A stretch of 64,000 bases of DNA from Clostridia bacterium. Its GTDB lineage: Bacteria > Bacillota > Clostridia > Lachnospirales > JAOARL01. The position numbers were made by a program, and so were the translations under genes. Positions 1 to 11,824 of the stretch are shown here, piece by piece (the first letter of the stretch is position 1; each line of letters opens with the position of its first letter). The stretch covers positions 338 through 64,337 of the forward strand of contig JAOARL010000019.1 of the NCBI GenBank assembly GCA_025210555.1. Reading direction: 5' to 3'. The notes under the pieces are model-generated. The model worked only from the letters and a program-made list of their open reading frames with translations. It was not told where the DNA came from and did not search any database.

Positions 1-1
1 T

Positions 2-1459
2 AAAAAGGCGCTTAAAGATATTTTTAGTAGCTATTTTGATAATGGTGAAATAGATATGCATATAGATTTAGGTGATGATGAGGGAACAACAGATTTTATA
101 AGAACTTATTTAAATAAAGAATTAGAGTTTCATAAAGTTTTAGGTAATATGGATAGAACTAGAGATGAATATGATCAAACTGGATTTGAGGTAAGTATTG
201 AAATAGGAGATGTTCATATATATGGAAGACATAATCCATATGGATCAAATCATAAATATGACTATGAAACTTTTGCTAATGATTATATAGGGAATGCATC
301 TAAAAATGAAAATACTAAGACAGAAATATTCTTACATGGGCATGCACATGCAAATCATATTCAAGAAATTAAAGAAATAAGTACTAGTGATATAGATGAC
401 AAAAGGAACTTAGTAGTTATGTCACCAGGAAGCATTTCAGAGCCAAGAGATGGAACTGAAAGATCACATGCTTATATGGAAATAGATGATCATGGAAATG
501 TATTTTTAGAAACAAGAAACGAGCAAAGGGAAGCAATTAAATCTATGGTTATACCTTCTAGTAACCTCAAAAAAGGAGATGAAGGTTACGCAGAATCTAC
601 GAATAGTTTATTTGAATTAATAATAAAAAAAGATAATCTTGGAGATATTATAAGGTCAATGTATGAAGATAGATATAAAGAAGATTTGATTGAGTACTGT
701 GTGTTAAATGCAGATAGATATAATTTGGATTTGGAAAGTCTAAATCTTGAAGATGATGAGCTTAACAAAGTTTTTGAAAATTTAGCAAAGAGACTAGGAA
801 AAAAATTAGAAGCTGAGAGTCAAGATATCTCTGAAGAAGTAGAAGATGAATTTATAGAGATTCAAGAGAAATATGAAATAGATGAGGAAAATAATGAGGG
901 AATGAGTGAAGAAGATTTTGTGTATAACGCAAAACTTGCAGAAGACTTTGATAAAGACATAGCTGATTATATTTATAGTTTAGATGAAAGAGAAGAAGAA
1001 ATTAAGGCTGAGATTAACGAATATGAGAATAGCCAAAATGAAAGAGAACTTTATATAGCTCAAAAAGAAGCAACTGATAGTTATAATTATATTACAGAAG
1101 ATATGGATGAAAATTTGATATTTAAACAAGAAGAAGAATTAATAGCAGCAGGAGTGATTTCAAAGGTTGAAGTTATAGAAGACTTATTTAGTTATGCAGA
1201 TGATTTAGAAAATTTAAAAGGAATGAGTGATGAAGAATTTGATTATAATCAAGGAATTGCACTTAAATTTGATAAAGAAGATATTGATTATGAAGAAGAA
1301 GTAAATGTTAGGGAAGATGAAGTGAAAGAAGTAGGAGAAATAAGAAGCATATCATTAGGTGACATTATAAGGATAAATGAAAAGGATCAGGATAATTGTT
1401 TGCCTAAGTTTACTGATCAAATGGCAGAAGAAATATATATGCAAAGTGGAGCTAACTAG
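2..1459 (+). CDS. YfcE-like metallophosphoesterase with long acidic C-terminal extension; 5' end probably outside the window
   Basis: The frame is open from nt 2 (first ATG at 56). FLHGHAHANH and VVMSPGSISEPRDG resemble the GHxH and PGS..PR blocks of calcineurin-like phosphoesterases. The C-terminal half is D/E-rich with an internal duplication (GMSEEDFVYN / GMSDEEFDYN). Confidence 0.55.
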   Translation, partial: KKALKDIFSSYFDNGEIDMHIDLGDDEGTTDFIRTYLNKELEFHKVLGNMDRTRDEYDQTGFEVSIEIGDVHIYGRHNPYGSNHKYDYETFANDYIGNASKNENTKTEIFLHGHAHANHIQEIKEISTSDIDDKRNLVVMSPGSISEPRDGTERSHAYMEIDDHGNVFLETRNEQREAIKSMVIPSSNLKKGDEGYAESTNSLFELIIKKDNLGDIIRSMYEDRYKEDLIEYCVLNADRYNLDLESLNLEDDELNKVFENLAKRLGKKLEAESQDISEEVEDEFIEIQEKYEIDEENNEGMSEEDFVYNAKLAEDFDKDIADYIYSLDEREEEIKAEINEYENSQNERELYIAQKEATDSYNYITEDMDENLIFKQEEELIAAGVISKVEVIEDLFSYADDLENLKGMSDEEFDYNQGIALKFDKEDIDYEEEVNVREDEVKEVGEIRSISLGDIIRINEKDQDNCLPKFTDQMAEEIYMQSGAN

Positions 1460-1590
1460 AATATATATGATAATATAGAGTTATTACAAAAATTTATAGA
1501 AGATATGGAATATTAGTATAGATATAAAGCATTAGCTTTATATCTATTTTTATGATAAAATTATATAGCAATATATTTAAGGAGGAATAG

Positions 1591-2913
<1,323 letters not shown>

Positions 2914-2921
2914 TTATAGGG

Positions 2922-2951
2922 AGTAAAGAATTTTAAATTCTTTGCTCTTTT
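2922..2951 (+). terminator. intrinsic terminator after eno
   Basis: Stem aaagaatt/aattcttt followed by a T-run, directly after the eno stop. Confidence 0.6.
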
Positions 2952-3047
2952 TTCATGTTATTTATTGCAAATATTCAGAAAGTTCGATACAATTAGAATA
3001 ATCATGGTAAATTGGACTAAGAATATAAAAAAATAGGAGTGATTTTG

Positions 3048-4532
3048 ATGCAAGAAGAAATGTATTTTAAGGCTTTAAATTTTGTTCAGTCAAGAAAGTA
3101 CAAAGATGCTGTTGAAGTTTTAAAAGGAGGAATACTAACAAAGACACAAGTAGGAACTTTTCTGCATAATATTAGTTATGAAGCTGCAAGAATCTTAAAT
3201 GATAACTATAATTGTTTTCATGAAGATACAATATCAAGAAAATGGCCAATAAAGTCTTATAAAGGAGAAAGAATTGATTTAGAAGAATTAACAAATCTTA
3301 TCACTAAAGATGAAATAGATCATTTTTTAACAGTAGGACAAAATAAGATATCAGATCTTGGGGCAGACCTAAGATATTTTCAAGATAATATAGAATGGTT
3401 AACGGAATATCTAGAAGATTTATTAGAAGAAAAAAATTATGATGAAAGCTTAATTATGAAATTGTATAGTCCAAAGGATATAGTGAAAGCTATATTAAAT
3501 GAAGAAAGTGAACTTTTACTAATTAATGATGAATTAGCAGATAAAGTTATAAGTAGATATGAAGTTAAATCAGAGAAGGATGTTTTAGATTTAGTAGAGT
3601 TTTTTGAAGTGTATGGAAAAGAAATTAGAGTGCCAAGTCTTAGAAAGTATGTTGAATCTAACAAAGTTTCGGTAAAAACTTTCGGTAAAGTTTTAAATGC
3701 TACATCAAATAATGTAAGTAAATATATAAAATTCCCAAAAGCATATAAAAATAAAACTGTATTAGATGATTTAGTTTTTAATAAAAATTACTCTCCAGTA
3801 TTTTTTAATGATTTATCTGAATTTGCTGGAGAAGAGCATTGGGATCATCATATTAAGAACTTGCCAGCAACGATTACAACAATAAAGATTAATGGAGAAT
3901 ATCATAAAAGTTTTGAAGATGAATGGGTAGTTAAAGTTTTGAAAAATGAAATTGAAGAAGCTAAAGATATGAGTGAGTTTGGTAAGAGACTAGTTGTTCA
4001 TAGATTCCTTTCAGTTTTATCAGAAGGGTTATGGAGAGATGGAATTAAAGAAGAAATTGCAAGTAGTATAAAAGATAATATAGGAATAGATGTATCAAGT
4101 ATGGACTATGAAACTATGATGAAATTCAATGTTCATGGAATAAGAGATTCAGTTACGCTTGCAGCGATTAAAGAAAAAGAAAATGAGAGAATTAGGGATG
4201 AAGTAAGAGAAAATAAAGGACTTATAAAATATGGATCACTAGCAGCTCTTATCGATGTAGGATATAGAACTATAGAAGAGCTTTCATATGCTACATCAAA
4301 TATAGATGATTTTTTAAGAGAAAATAATCTATATAGATTCAATAGTGATGGACTTAGAGATGAAATGAATATAGAAAACATTAAAGATATAGTTCGATTT
4401 GACGGAAATGTAAATGTATATTATCCACTAGTGGACTTCATAAATAATAAATTAGAGAAAGATAAGGCTGTTGAATTTGCTGATGTATCGGATGATTTAG
4501 ATAGACATATGGAAAATCAAAAATATAACTAA
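3048..4532 (+). CDS. unknown acidic protein, tandem paralog family member 1
   Basis: Long ORF in AT-rich DNA. AGGAG RBS 7 nt before the ATG at 3048. Shares the block KFP(K/E)xY(K/R)NK.xLDxLV....P.(Y/F)F..L.EF..(D/E)(D/E)HW with the next three genes. Confidence 0.8.
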   Translation: MQEEMYFKALNFVQSRKYKDAVEVLKGGILTKTQVGTFLHNISYEAARILNDNYNCFHEDTISRKWPIKSYKGERIDLEELTNLITKDEIDHFLTVGQNKISDLGADLRYFQDNIEWLTEYLEDLLEEKNYDESLIMKLYSPKDIVKAILNEESELLLINDELADKVISRYEVKSEKDVLDLVEFFEVYGKEIRVPSLRKYVESNKVSVKTFGKVLNATSNNVSKYIKFPKAYKNKTVLDDLVFNKNYSPVFFNDLSEFAGEEHWDHHIKNLPATITTIKINGEYHKSFEDEWVVKVLKNEIEEAKDMSEFGKRLVVHRFLSVLSEGLWRDGIKEEIASSIKDNIGIDVSSMDYETMMKFNVHGIRDSVTLAAIKEKENERIRDEVRENKGLIKYGSLAALIDVGYRTIEELSYATSNIDDFLRENNLYRFNSDGLRDEMNIENIKDIVRFDGNVNVYYPLVDFINNKLEKDKAVEFADVSDDLDRHMENQKYN

Positions 4533-4567
4533 AAGAATAGAATATAAATAAAATAGGAGGTATTTTG

Positions 4568-6064
4568 ATGAGTTCAGAATCGATTATAAGTATTACTAAG
4601 AGTATAATAGCAAAAGAATATGAAGAAGCTAGTGAAAAAATGAATACTTTAGAACTAACAGAAGAAGAGCGAGATACAATATATAGCAGCGTACCATGTA
4701 AGAGTCTTTTGTATTTAAATAGCATAAATAAGAAATTTGATATAGAAAAGATTAAAAAAGCATGGCCAGTAGAAGGATTTGCTGAAGGTATTATTGATAA
4801 AGAAACATTTATGGAAGTTGTAACAGAAGATATGTTAGTTATTTATAGTTTAAGAGGTGAAAGTATAAGGTGCAATGGTAAATTGTCTATAGATGATTTG
4901 AAGAAAATCATACCTAATTTTACGGATAGAAGAGAGAGAGAGTTTAAATTTAGTAACAATAAAAAAAAGGTGGCTAAGAATTTATATACAGAAGAAGAGA
5001 TTATAGAGGCTTTAATATATAATAATCCAGACTTTATGGCTATGGGTAAAGACGATATAGAAGAACTCATTAGCGGTTATACAGTTACTAAAGATAAATT
5101 AGATTTATATTTAAGCCTAAATAAATCAATAGGAACAATTATAAATATAGAGCCATTAGCAAAGTATGTTAGTCAAAATGAACTTGCTGAAGAAGAATTA
5201 GTGGGATTTATTTTAAAGGCGCCTAGTTACTTAAGTCAAAATGTAGAGTTTCCAGAGGAATATAGAAATAAAGAAACTTTAGATTTATTAGTTGGTAAAC
5301 AGGGTATGAATCCAGCTTATTTTGCAAGTACTAGAGAGTTTATTAGTGATGATCATTGGAAACGTTATGCAAACAGAAAAGTAAAAACTTTAGATGATAT
5401 AAGAAAAGTAAAGTTTGATAATAAAAGAAATGCAAAAGTTACTAACATACCGGATAATGCTATAACATCAAAGCTTTTAGTAAATGCATATAATAATGAA
5501 TTTTATGATTCAGTAAGAAGATATAGAGATTATGATTTCTTAGGAAAAACTTTATTGGCTCATAAATTTATAGCAACAGTGCCAGAAGAATTATATGATG
5601 ATTATCTTGTAGGAAAAACAAGAGAAATTATTGAAGAAACTTTAGGCATAGATATGCAGGGTAGAGATTATAAAAGCATTCAAAAGATTAATGCATATAA
5701 GCTGTCTGCAATAGCTAATCATGATACGTTACTTAGTGATAAATATGATGATTATAAAAGGGCAATAGATGATCATGAAGGATTAATTTCTATTGGAACA
5801 CTTGCTTCATGGGTATTTTCAGGATATGAAAACTATAAGCAAGTTGGTTTAGAATATAAAATACTTGTTGGAAAAGATAAGTATAAGGCACTTGAAGAGT
5901 TTGATAGTGAAGAATTAAAAGGTGATATACCATGGTCATCAGAAAGATATTATTATCCAGAGTTATATAAAGTAATGCAAGAAGAATTAAAAGGTGAGAA
6001 AACTATTGTTTTTGAAAATCCAAGCGAGCTTTTAAACAAGAAAATTGAAGAAGAAGAAAAATAA
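4568..6064 (+). CDS. unknown acidic protein, tandem paralog family member 2
   Basis: AGGAGG RBS. Contains VEFPEEYRNKETLDLLVGKQGMNPAYFASTREFISDDHW, homologous to members 1, 3 and 4. Confidence 0.8.
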   Translation: MSSESIISITKSIIAKEYEEASEKMNTLELTEEERDTIYSSVPCKSLLYLNSINKKFDIEKIKKAWPVEGFAEGIIDKETFMEVVTEDMLVIYSLRGESIRCNGKLSIDDLKKIIPNFTDRREREFKFSNNKKKVAKNLYTEEEIIEALIYNNPDFMAMGKDDIEELISGYTVTKDKLDLYLSLNKSIGTIINIEPLAKYVSQNELAEEELVGFILKAPSYLSQNVEFPEEYRNKETLDLLVGKQGMNPAYFASTREFISDDHWKRYANRKVKTLDDIRKVKFDNKRNAKVTNIPDNAITSKLLVNAYNNEFYDSVRRYRDYDFLGKTLLAHKFIATVPEELYDDYLVGKTREIIEETLGIDMQGRDYKSIQKINAYKLSAIANHDTLLSDKYDDYKRAIDDHEGLISIGTLASWVFSGYENYKQVGLEYKILVGKDKYKALEEFDSEELKGDIPWSSERYYYPELYKVMQEELKGEKTIVFENPSELLNKKIEEEEK

Positions 6065-6083
6065 AATTTAAATAAGGTGGAAG

Positions 6084-7538
6084 GTGAAGATAGTGAAAAG
6101 AACTGTAGAATTTCCATATGATTTAGCGAAAATAGAAGAGGCATTAAAAGATGGAAGATATAATGAAATAATTGACACTTATAATAGGGTTAGTAAAAGA
6201 GGTAAAGTTGATATAGGAGAGACAATTTTATTTAATAAAGATTTAGAAAGTAAAAATAAATTTTTAGAAGGAAATAGAGAATTTCTAGTAAATAATTTAT
6301 TTAGAAGCAATACATCTAAATGCCTTATGGATGATTTAGTTACTGATGAGGAGATAGTTAATACGTATGAAGAAAAAGAACGTTGCAGTTTATTAATGTC
6401 TCAAATGACATCTTTAAAGCACTTTAGAGAATTATGTCCAAATTATAGAGAATATAGAGATGATTTATTAAAAGGTGGAGAAGATAGAAATAATCTTTTA
6501 ATATTTAAGTTTTGTTATGATAGAAAAGAATTATTAGAAAAAGTATCTGAAGATAAAGATTTTGCAGACATGTATATACATTCAGAGCAAATATTTGGAT
6601 CAATATTTGGTGGTCCTAAATTTGAAGATCCTGAAGAATTAGGATATGCACTTAAAATAGCTTCATCTAATGTTGGTCACTATAACATGACTATAGTAGG
6701 ATCTAATAGAAAAGGTTTAGAGGAAAATCCAAATTTATTTGTTTTTGCATTTAATAATTTCACTCAATATATTCCAAGTGATATTAAATTTCCAGAGATG
6801 TTAAGGAGTTCAAATACAGTAAGTAAGCTTATTAAATTTGGAAATGAACCTTTTGAATATAGTGATTTAAAGGAATTTGTTACTGATACGCATTTAAGAA
6901 CTTATGTTGCAAATCAGCCAAATACCTTTGAGAGTTTAAATAAGTTAGCAAGTATTCCTGAGTACAGAAGATTTTTAACAGCAGATAGATATATATATAC
7001 TGCATTTTCTGATATGGAAGAAGTAGAAGATAATGATGTGGAGAAATGGCTCATTCTTAGAAAAATGATATGTAATTTACCAAGAGAACTTTATAGAAAA
7101 GATTTTAAAGAATTATTTGCTGAAATACCTGCATTTAAAAGATATATGAAATTAGATTTTGATAAATTAAGTTATGATGATCTTCAAAAAAGAGCATGTA
7201 ATGATGTAAGAAATATTTCAAGAAATCTTAGTATAGATGATGCTAGTTGGGCAAAGGATTATAGAAGATTTATAGATATGTCACATGCAGCAGCTTTTAT
7301 TAATGATGGGTATAAAGACTCTAATGAGATACCAAATTATTACGAAAACGATTATTTAAGATTAAGCTCTTTGGACATAAGATTAGAATGTACAGATGCA
7401 ATAGGTCATATGAAAAGAGTAGAAGGAAAAATGACGAGGGAAAGTATAGTAATGAGAGAAAATATTTATAAAGAGTTAGGAATGGAAGAAAATAAATTGA
7501 GAATAGTTTATGAAGACATAGAATTTGATGGAGAATAG
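6084..7538 (+). CDS. unknown acidic protein, tandem paralog family member 3 (most diverged)
   Basis: Contains IKFPEMLRSSNTVSKLIKFGNEPFEYSDLKEFVTDTHL, aligning with the family block. GTG start after AAGGTGGAAGG. Confidence 0.75.
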   Translation: MKIVKRTVEFPYDLAKIEEALKDGRYNEIIDTYNRVSKRGKVDIGETILFNKDLESKNKFLEGNREFLVNNLFRSNTSKCLMDDLVTDEEIVNTYEEKERCSLLMSQMTSLKHFRELCPNYREYRDDLLKGGEDRNNLLIFKFCYDRKELLEKVSEDKDFADMYIHSEQIFGSIFGGPKFEDPEELGYALKIASSNVGHYNMTIVGSNRKGLEENPNLFVFAFNNFTQYIPSDIKFPEMLRSSNTVSKLIKFGNEPFEYSDLKEFVTDTHLRTYVANQPNTFESLNKLASIPEYRRFLTADRYIYTAFSDMEEVEDNDVEKWLILRKMICNLPRELYRKDFKELFAEIPAFKRYMKLDFDKLSYDDLQKRACNDVRNISRNLSIDDASWAKDYRRFIDMSHAAAFINDGYKDSNEIPNYYENDYLRLSSLDIRLECTDAIGHMKRVEGKMTRESIVMRENIYKELGMEENKLRIVYEDIEFDGE

Positions 7539-7548
7539 GAGTGGTTTT

Positions 7549-9081
7549 ATGAGCGAAGTTAATATTGATATAGCATCAGATATAGCTAAGTATATAGATG
7601 CTGGAGAATATGATATGGCAGCTACAATGTATTTGAATTCTAAAGAGGGAATAAGGTGTAGAGTACAAAGATTGGCAAAACTGGATAAGTTAATAGAGAT
7701 GGATAAGGAATATAACTTTTGGGGAGAAGACCATCTTGTAAAATCTAGACCAATTAATGCTTTTGAATCAAATGTTATAGATAAAGAAAGATTTTTAGAA
7801 ATAGTTGGGGAAGAAAGCTTTTTAATGTATGCAATTATAAATAGCGACAGCAACATGGCAGATATAAGTGTAGAAGAAGCAAAAGAAATGGTATCAAAAA
7901 AAGCTATTATAAGTATTTCGGCTAGAATTCCGGAAGATGATATTAAAAGTATAATGGCACTATATGATAAAAAAGAAATAATAAAAGGAATTACAAATGA
8001 AGAAAAAAAGTTTTCATGGTTTGGTGTTTCAGAAATTAATATGCTAGTAGCAGACTTTAAAATAGAAAATGAAGAAGACTTTAATTTAATGTTAGATTTA
8101 CATGTAAGTAACTTTGGAGAGTTTAACCCATGGAGAATTGAAAACTATGCTAGAGAAAATGAACTTTCACCAGATTCTTTTATTAAAACTCTTAATGTTA
8201 ATGCAAAGTTTTTGGGACATGATGTTAAATTTCCAGAAGAATATAAGAATAAGGATACATTAGATAAATTAGTAGCTAATAGTAGATTAATACCTTCTTA
8301 TTTTAATGAACTTGAAGAATTCATAACAGATGATAACTGGGAAACATATGTCGAAGGATTACCAAATACATTACACGAAATAAGAAAATCAAAGGCTGAA
8401 GAATATAGGAAATTTAAAAATAGGGATCATATTCCAGGTAAGTATATGGATTTTGATTTTTATAAAAAAGCTATGACTTATGAGATTTCTAGAATTTCTG
8501 ATAGAAATAAAAGTAGAAAAGAAAAAGCTTTAGAGGAAGAGTTTGTTGTTTATGAAGCTATTGCCTTGATGAATGAAAGTAATTATTTAGATTTTAAAAA
8601 AGTGTTTGAAAATGGGATAGATCCATATACAGGAATAAATGTGAAAGATAAAACATATGAAGATATGCAAAGACTTATAGCACATAGAGTATATGGCATA
8701 GTAGCTAATACAAAAAGCTTTATTGCAGATGCAGACGTCACTGAAAGTAATATAATTGAATTATATAGTGGAAAAAATGACTTCATAAATACTTCAATTG
8801 CTGCTACATATGCTTTAAGTAGATGTAGTAATTCTAATGAAGCAAGATATCAACATATAAATATTATTGAAGCGTTAGAAAAACATAGATATATATATAA
8901 TTTAGATAGAGTATTTGACCAAGACACTATTAAAAATATATATTTTGATACTGAAATTGGGAATACATATCAAGGATTATATAGTATAATTGAAGAAGGA
9001 TTTGATTTCCCAGAAATAGAAAAACCAGAAAAAATATTTGATGATCCAGGGGCAAAACTACAAGAAACAATAGAACAGTAG
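7549..9081 (+). CDS. unknown acidic protein, tandem paralog family member 4
   Basis: Contains VKFPEEYKNKDTLDKLVANSRLIPSYFNELEEFITDDNW. The ATG at 7549 is preceded by TAGGAGTGG. The upstream in-frame ATG at 7525 overlaps the previous gene. Confidence 0.8.
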   Translation: MSEVNIDIASDIAKYIDAGEYDMAATMYLNSKEGIRCRVQRLAKLDKLIEMDKEYNFWGEDHLVKSRPINAFESNVIDKERFLEIVGEESFLMYAIINSDSNMADISVEEAKEMVSKKAIISISARIPEDDIKSIMALYDKKEIIKGITNEEKKFSWFGVSEINMLVADFKIENEEDFNLMLDLHVSNFGEFNPWRIENYARENELSPDSFIKTLNVNAKFLGHDVKFPEEYKNKDTLDKLVANSRLIPSYFNELEEFITDDNWETYVEGLPNTLHEIRKSKAEEYRKFKNRDHIPGKYMDFDFYKKAMTYEISRISDRNKSRKEKALEEEFVVYEAIALMNESNYLDFKKVFENGIDPYTGINVKDKTYEDMQRLIAHRVYGIVANTKSFIADADVTESNIIELYSGKNDFINTSIAATYALSRCSNSNEARYQHINIIEALEKHRYIYNLDRVFDQDTIKNIYFDTEIGNTYQGLYSIIEEGFDFPEIEKPEKIFDDPGAKLQETIEQ

Positions 9082-9089
9082 TAGAAGGA

Positions 9090-9671
9090 GTGTTAAAGGT
9101 GTTTAATATATTAGTAGAAATGAAAAAAGAAGATAGAGAATATATAAATTCTCTAATTAAAATGATGGAATTAGATATGTCAGTAGCAAGAAGAAAATTA
9201 CTAATAAGGGAATTCGTTTGTAATATACCTGAAGAGGTATTTGAAAACGAGAATATATTAAACTTATTACCTAAGTATGGTATTAAAGTGGATGAAATGG
9301 GATATAAAGATATAATTAAAGAAGTATGTAAAGAAGTTAATGATATAGTAGAAAATGCTGTTAGAAATAAAGAAGATGAAGTAATAACAGAATTAGCTGA
9401 GAATCCAGAATTTATTGATGCAGCTATTACATACCATGCCCTAAGTTCAGATGAATCTACTAAAGAAGATTTAATAAAAAATGAGTCTTTTGAAAAATTA
9501 ATGTCACTTGGAGTAGATATTCCTATGGCTAAAGATTTATCAAATATAGATATAGATGATATTAAAGAAGAGAGAAAAGGAAATGGTAATTTATTAGATT
9601 TAATAGAGATTGAATTACAGCCGGATATTAAATTTAGTGAAACTATAGATGATATTAAGTTCATAATGTAA
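9090..9671 (+). CDS. short paralog matching only the C-terminal module of the 3048-9081 family
   Basis: REFVCNIPEEVFENE aligns with HRFLSVLSEGLW / HKFIATVPEELY / LRKMICNLPRELY of the upstream genes. The start is uncertain (GTG at 9090 or 9099). Confidence 0.65.
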   Translation: MLKVFNILVEMKKEDREYINSLIKMMELDMSVARRKLLIREFVCNIPEEVFENENILNLLPKYGIKVDEMGYKDIIKEVCKEVNDIVENAVRNKEDEVITELAENPEFIDAAITYHALSSDESTKEDLIKNESFEKLMSLGVDIPMAKDLSNIDIDDIKEERKGNGNLLDLIEIELQPDIKFSETIDDIKFIM

Positions 9672-9850
9672 GAGTAAAGTGAGAAGGCATATTAAATGTC
9701 TTCTTTTTTGTGTGCACAAAAAAACACACCATGTTCATACAAAAGACACATGAGGGGAATATTATGTACTTACGAAAGGAGAGCAGAAAAAAAATAATAT
9801 AAAATACATTTTAAATTAATATAAAAATAAAATTTAAGGGGATGATTAAA

Positions 9851-10804
9851 ATGAAAAATTTAAATGTAATGAGAACAGCTGCTTTAGCAGCATTAATAAC
9901 AGTAGGTATATCAGGAGGGGCGCATGCAAGCGAAGTTAATAGTGTTGAGATGACAAATTTAAATTTAGCTACTGAATGTGTAGAGATTGATGGCGATGAT
10001 ATTGCAACATGTGGGTTTATTAACTTAACAGAAGCAGAAGAAAAGGAATTAGAAAAGTTATATAAGCTAATTGATAGTGAAAAAGACGAAAAGAAAACAG
10101 AAGATTTATATAAGAAAGTAGATAGATTATTAGGAGTAGATGGAGAAAATTATATGATTGAGCCAGTTATTAAACTTCCAAAAGAGCTAGAAGATATGCT
10201 TAAAAAAATAGAAAAATTAGAAGAAGAAGGAAAAACTAAAGATGCAGAAAAACTTTGGGCAGAGTTTTCAGTGAAAGAATTTGAATATATGCATAAAGAT
10301 GACCTAGCAAAGGTAAGTAAAGAAAAGAAAAAAGAAGTAATGGATTTATATAAATCTATTATGAATGAAAAAGATATGAAAAAATTTGAAGAAGCATATA
10401 ATAAAATTTATAAACTTTTAGGATATAATGAACCGTTAGAATTTGATTATGAAGATGGAGACATGGATTTTATAGAAATAGATAATATTGAAGACTTAGA
10501 TTACAGTGACTTTGTGGATGAAAGTATGCCAAAAGAAGCAAAAGATCTAATGATAAAAATTGAAAAACTTGAAAAAGAAGGTAAATTTGAAGAAACTGAT
10601 GAGCTTTGGATTAAATATGAAAATATATTATTTGAAGATGAAATAAAAGATTTATCAGATACAAAGAAAAAGGAAGCAAGAAAGTTAAATGATGAAGTTA
10701 ATAAGATGAAAGAAAAAGATTCGTTTAATGAAAAAGATATGGAAGCTTTAGATAAAGTATTTGAAAAACTATATAAATTAATAGATGAGAATGTAAGTAA
10801 ATAA
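9851..10804 (+). CDS. secreted repeat protein (signal peptide, K/E/D-rich internal repeats)
   Basis: N-terminus MKNLNVMRTAALAALITVGISGGAHA is signal-peptide-like. Modules such as KIEKLEEEGK / KIEKLEKEGK and LYKLID recur. A terminator follows at 10810-10837. Confidence 0.75.
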   Translation: MKNLNVMRTAALAALITVGISGGAHASEVNSVEMTNLNLATECVEIDGDDIATCGFINLTEAEEKELEKLYKLIDSEKDEKKTEDLYKKVDRLLGVDGENYMIEPVIKLPKELEDMLKKIEKLEEEGKTKDAEKLWAEFSVKEFEYMHKDDLAKVSKEKKKEVMDLYKSIMNEKDMKKFEEAYNKIYKLLGYNEPLEFDYEDGDMDFIEIDNIEDLDYSDFVDESMPKEAKDLMIKIEKLEKEGKFEETDELWIKYENILFEDEIKDLSDTKKKEARKLNDEVNKMKEKDSFNEKDMEALDKVFEKLYKLIDENVSK

Positions 10805-10922
10805 TTAATAAATAGCTAGGGATATCCCTAGCTATTTAAACGTTTAAAAGTTTTGAAACTAGATTTCTAAAACTTAAAAAAGAAAACTCTTTTTATTAAT
10901 ATTTACTTATGAGGAGATAAGT

Positions 10923-11000
10923 ATGATAGTTAGGGAAGAATATTTAAACAAATTAAAAAGTTAAAAGATAAAAACCAATAAAATTATAACTGGTATTTGA
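10923..11000 (+). pseudogene. remnant of a DUF4143-type AAA ATPase gene (N-terminal fragment, stop plus frameshift)
   Basis: Translates as MIVREEYLNKLKS*, then in another frame KIKTNKIITGI*. This parallels MIKRELYLSKLRS...IKVLVGIRRSGKS of the intact gene at 13695. Confidence 0.45.
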
Positions 11001-11146
11001 AATAGAAATAAAATGCTGGCATTGTCATATAAAGAATATGTTAAATCTACAGAAAATATGTAGATTATATTTTTTTGTACACATTAAATACATATTAGTA
11101 AAGTATATTATAATCATATATAATATATAAAAGCGAGGTGGTAATA

Positions 11147-11824
11147 GTGAATACTATTTTAGTAGTAGAAGATGAAAAAAGGTTACGAGATATAATAAAA
11201 GACTTTTTTGAAGATGAAGGATATAAAATATTATCTGCAGAAAATGGAAAGATAGGATTAGAACTATTTGAAACTAATAAGGTAGATTTAGTAATACTTG
11301 ATATAATGATGCCTGAACTTGATGGTTGGTCAGTGTGTAGGAGAATAAGAAAGGAATCAAAAGTCCCTATAATATTTTTAACTGCAAGATCTGAAGAAGA
11401 TGATAAACTTATGGGATATGAGATAGGTGCAGATGATTATGTAACTAAGCCATTTAGCCCTAAAGTTTTGGTAGCTAAATCTAAGAATCTACTTAAAAGA
11501 GTAGAGGGAAATATTGGAAATGATGATGGAATTATAGAAATAGATGAACTTATTATAGATAGAAGTAAAGCACATGCAATTTATAAGGATGAAATAATAG
11601 AACTTGCACCTAAAGAGTTTGAGCTGCTTTGGTATTTAATGGTCAATAGTAAGACAGTATTAACTAGGGATAATATACTTGATAATGTTTGGGGATATGA
11701 TTATTTTGGAGAATTTAGGGTTGTAGATACTCATATAAAGAAATTAAGAAAGAAGCTTGGAGAGGCTTCAAAGTATGTAAAAACAGTTGTTAAATTTGGA
11801 TATAAGTTTGATTCAGATGATTAA
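11147..11824 (+). CDS. OmpR-family response regulator
   Basis: Receiver domain (ILVVEDE, DLVILDIMMPELDG, KP) plus winged-helix output (EFELLWYLM, VDTHIKKLRKKL). GTG start 6 nt after GAGGTGG. Confidence 0.92.
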   Translation: MNTILVVEDEKRLRDIIKDFFEDEGYKILSAENGKIGLELFETNKVDLVILDIMMPELDGWSVCRRIRKESKVPIIFLTARSEEDDKLMGYEIGADDYVTKPFSPKVLVAKSKNLLKRVEGNIGNDDGIIEIDELIIDRSKAHAIYKDEIIELAPKEFELLWYLMVNSKTVLTRDNILDNVWGYDYFGEFRVVDTHIKKLRKKLGEASKYVKTVVKFGYKFDSDD

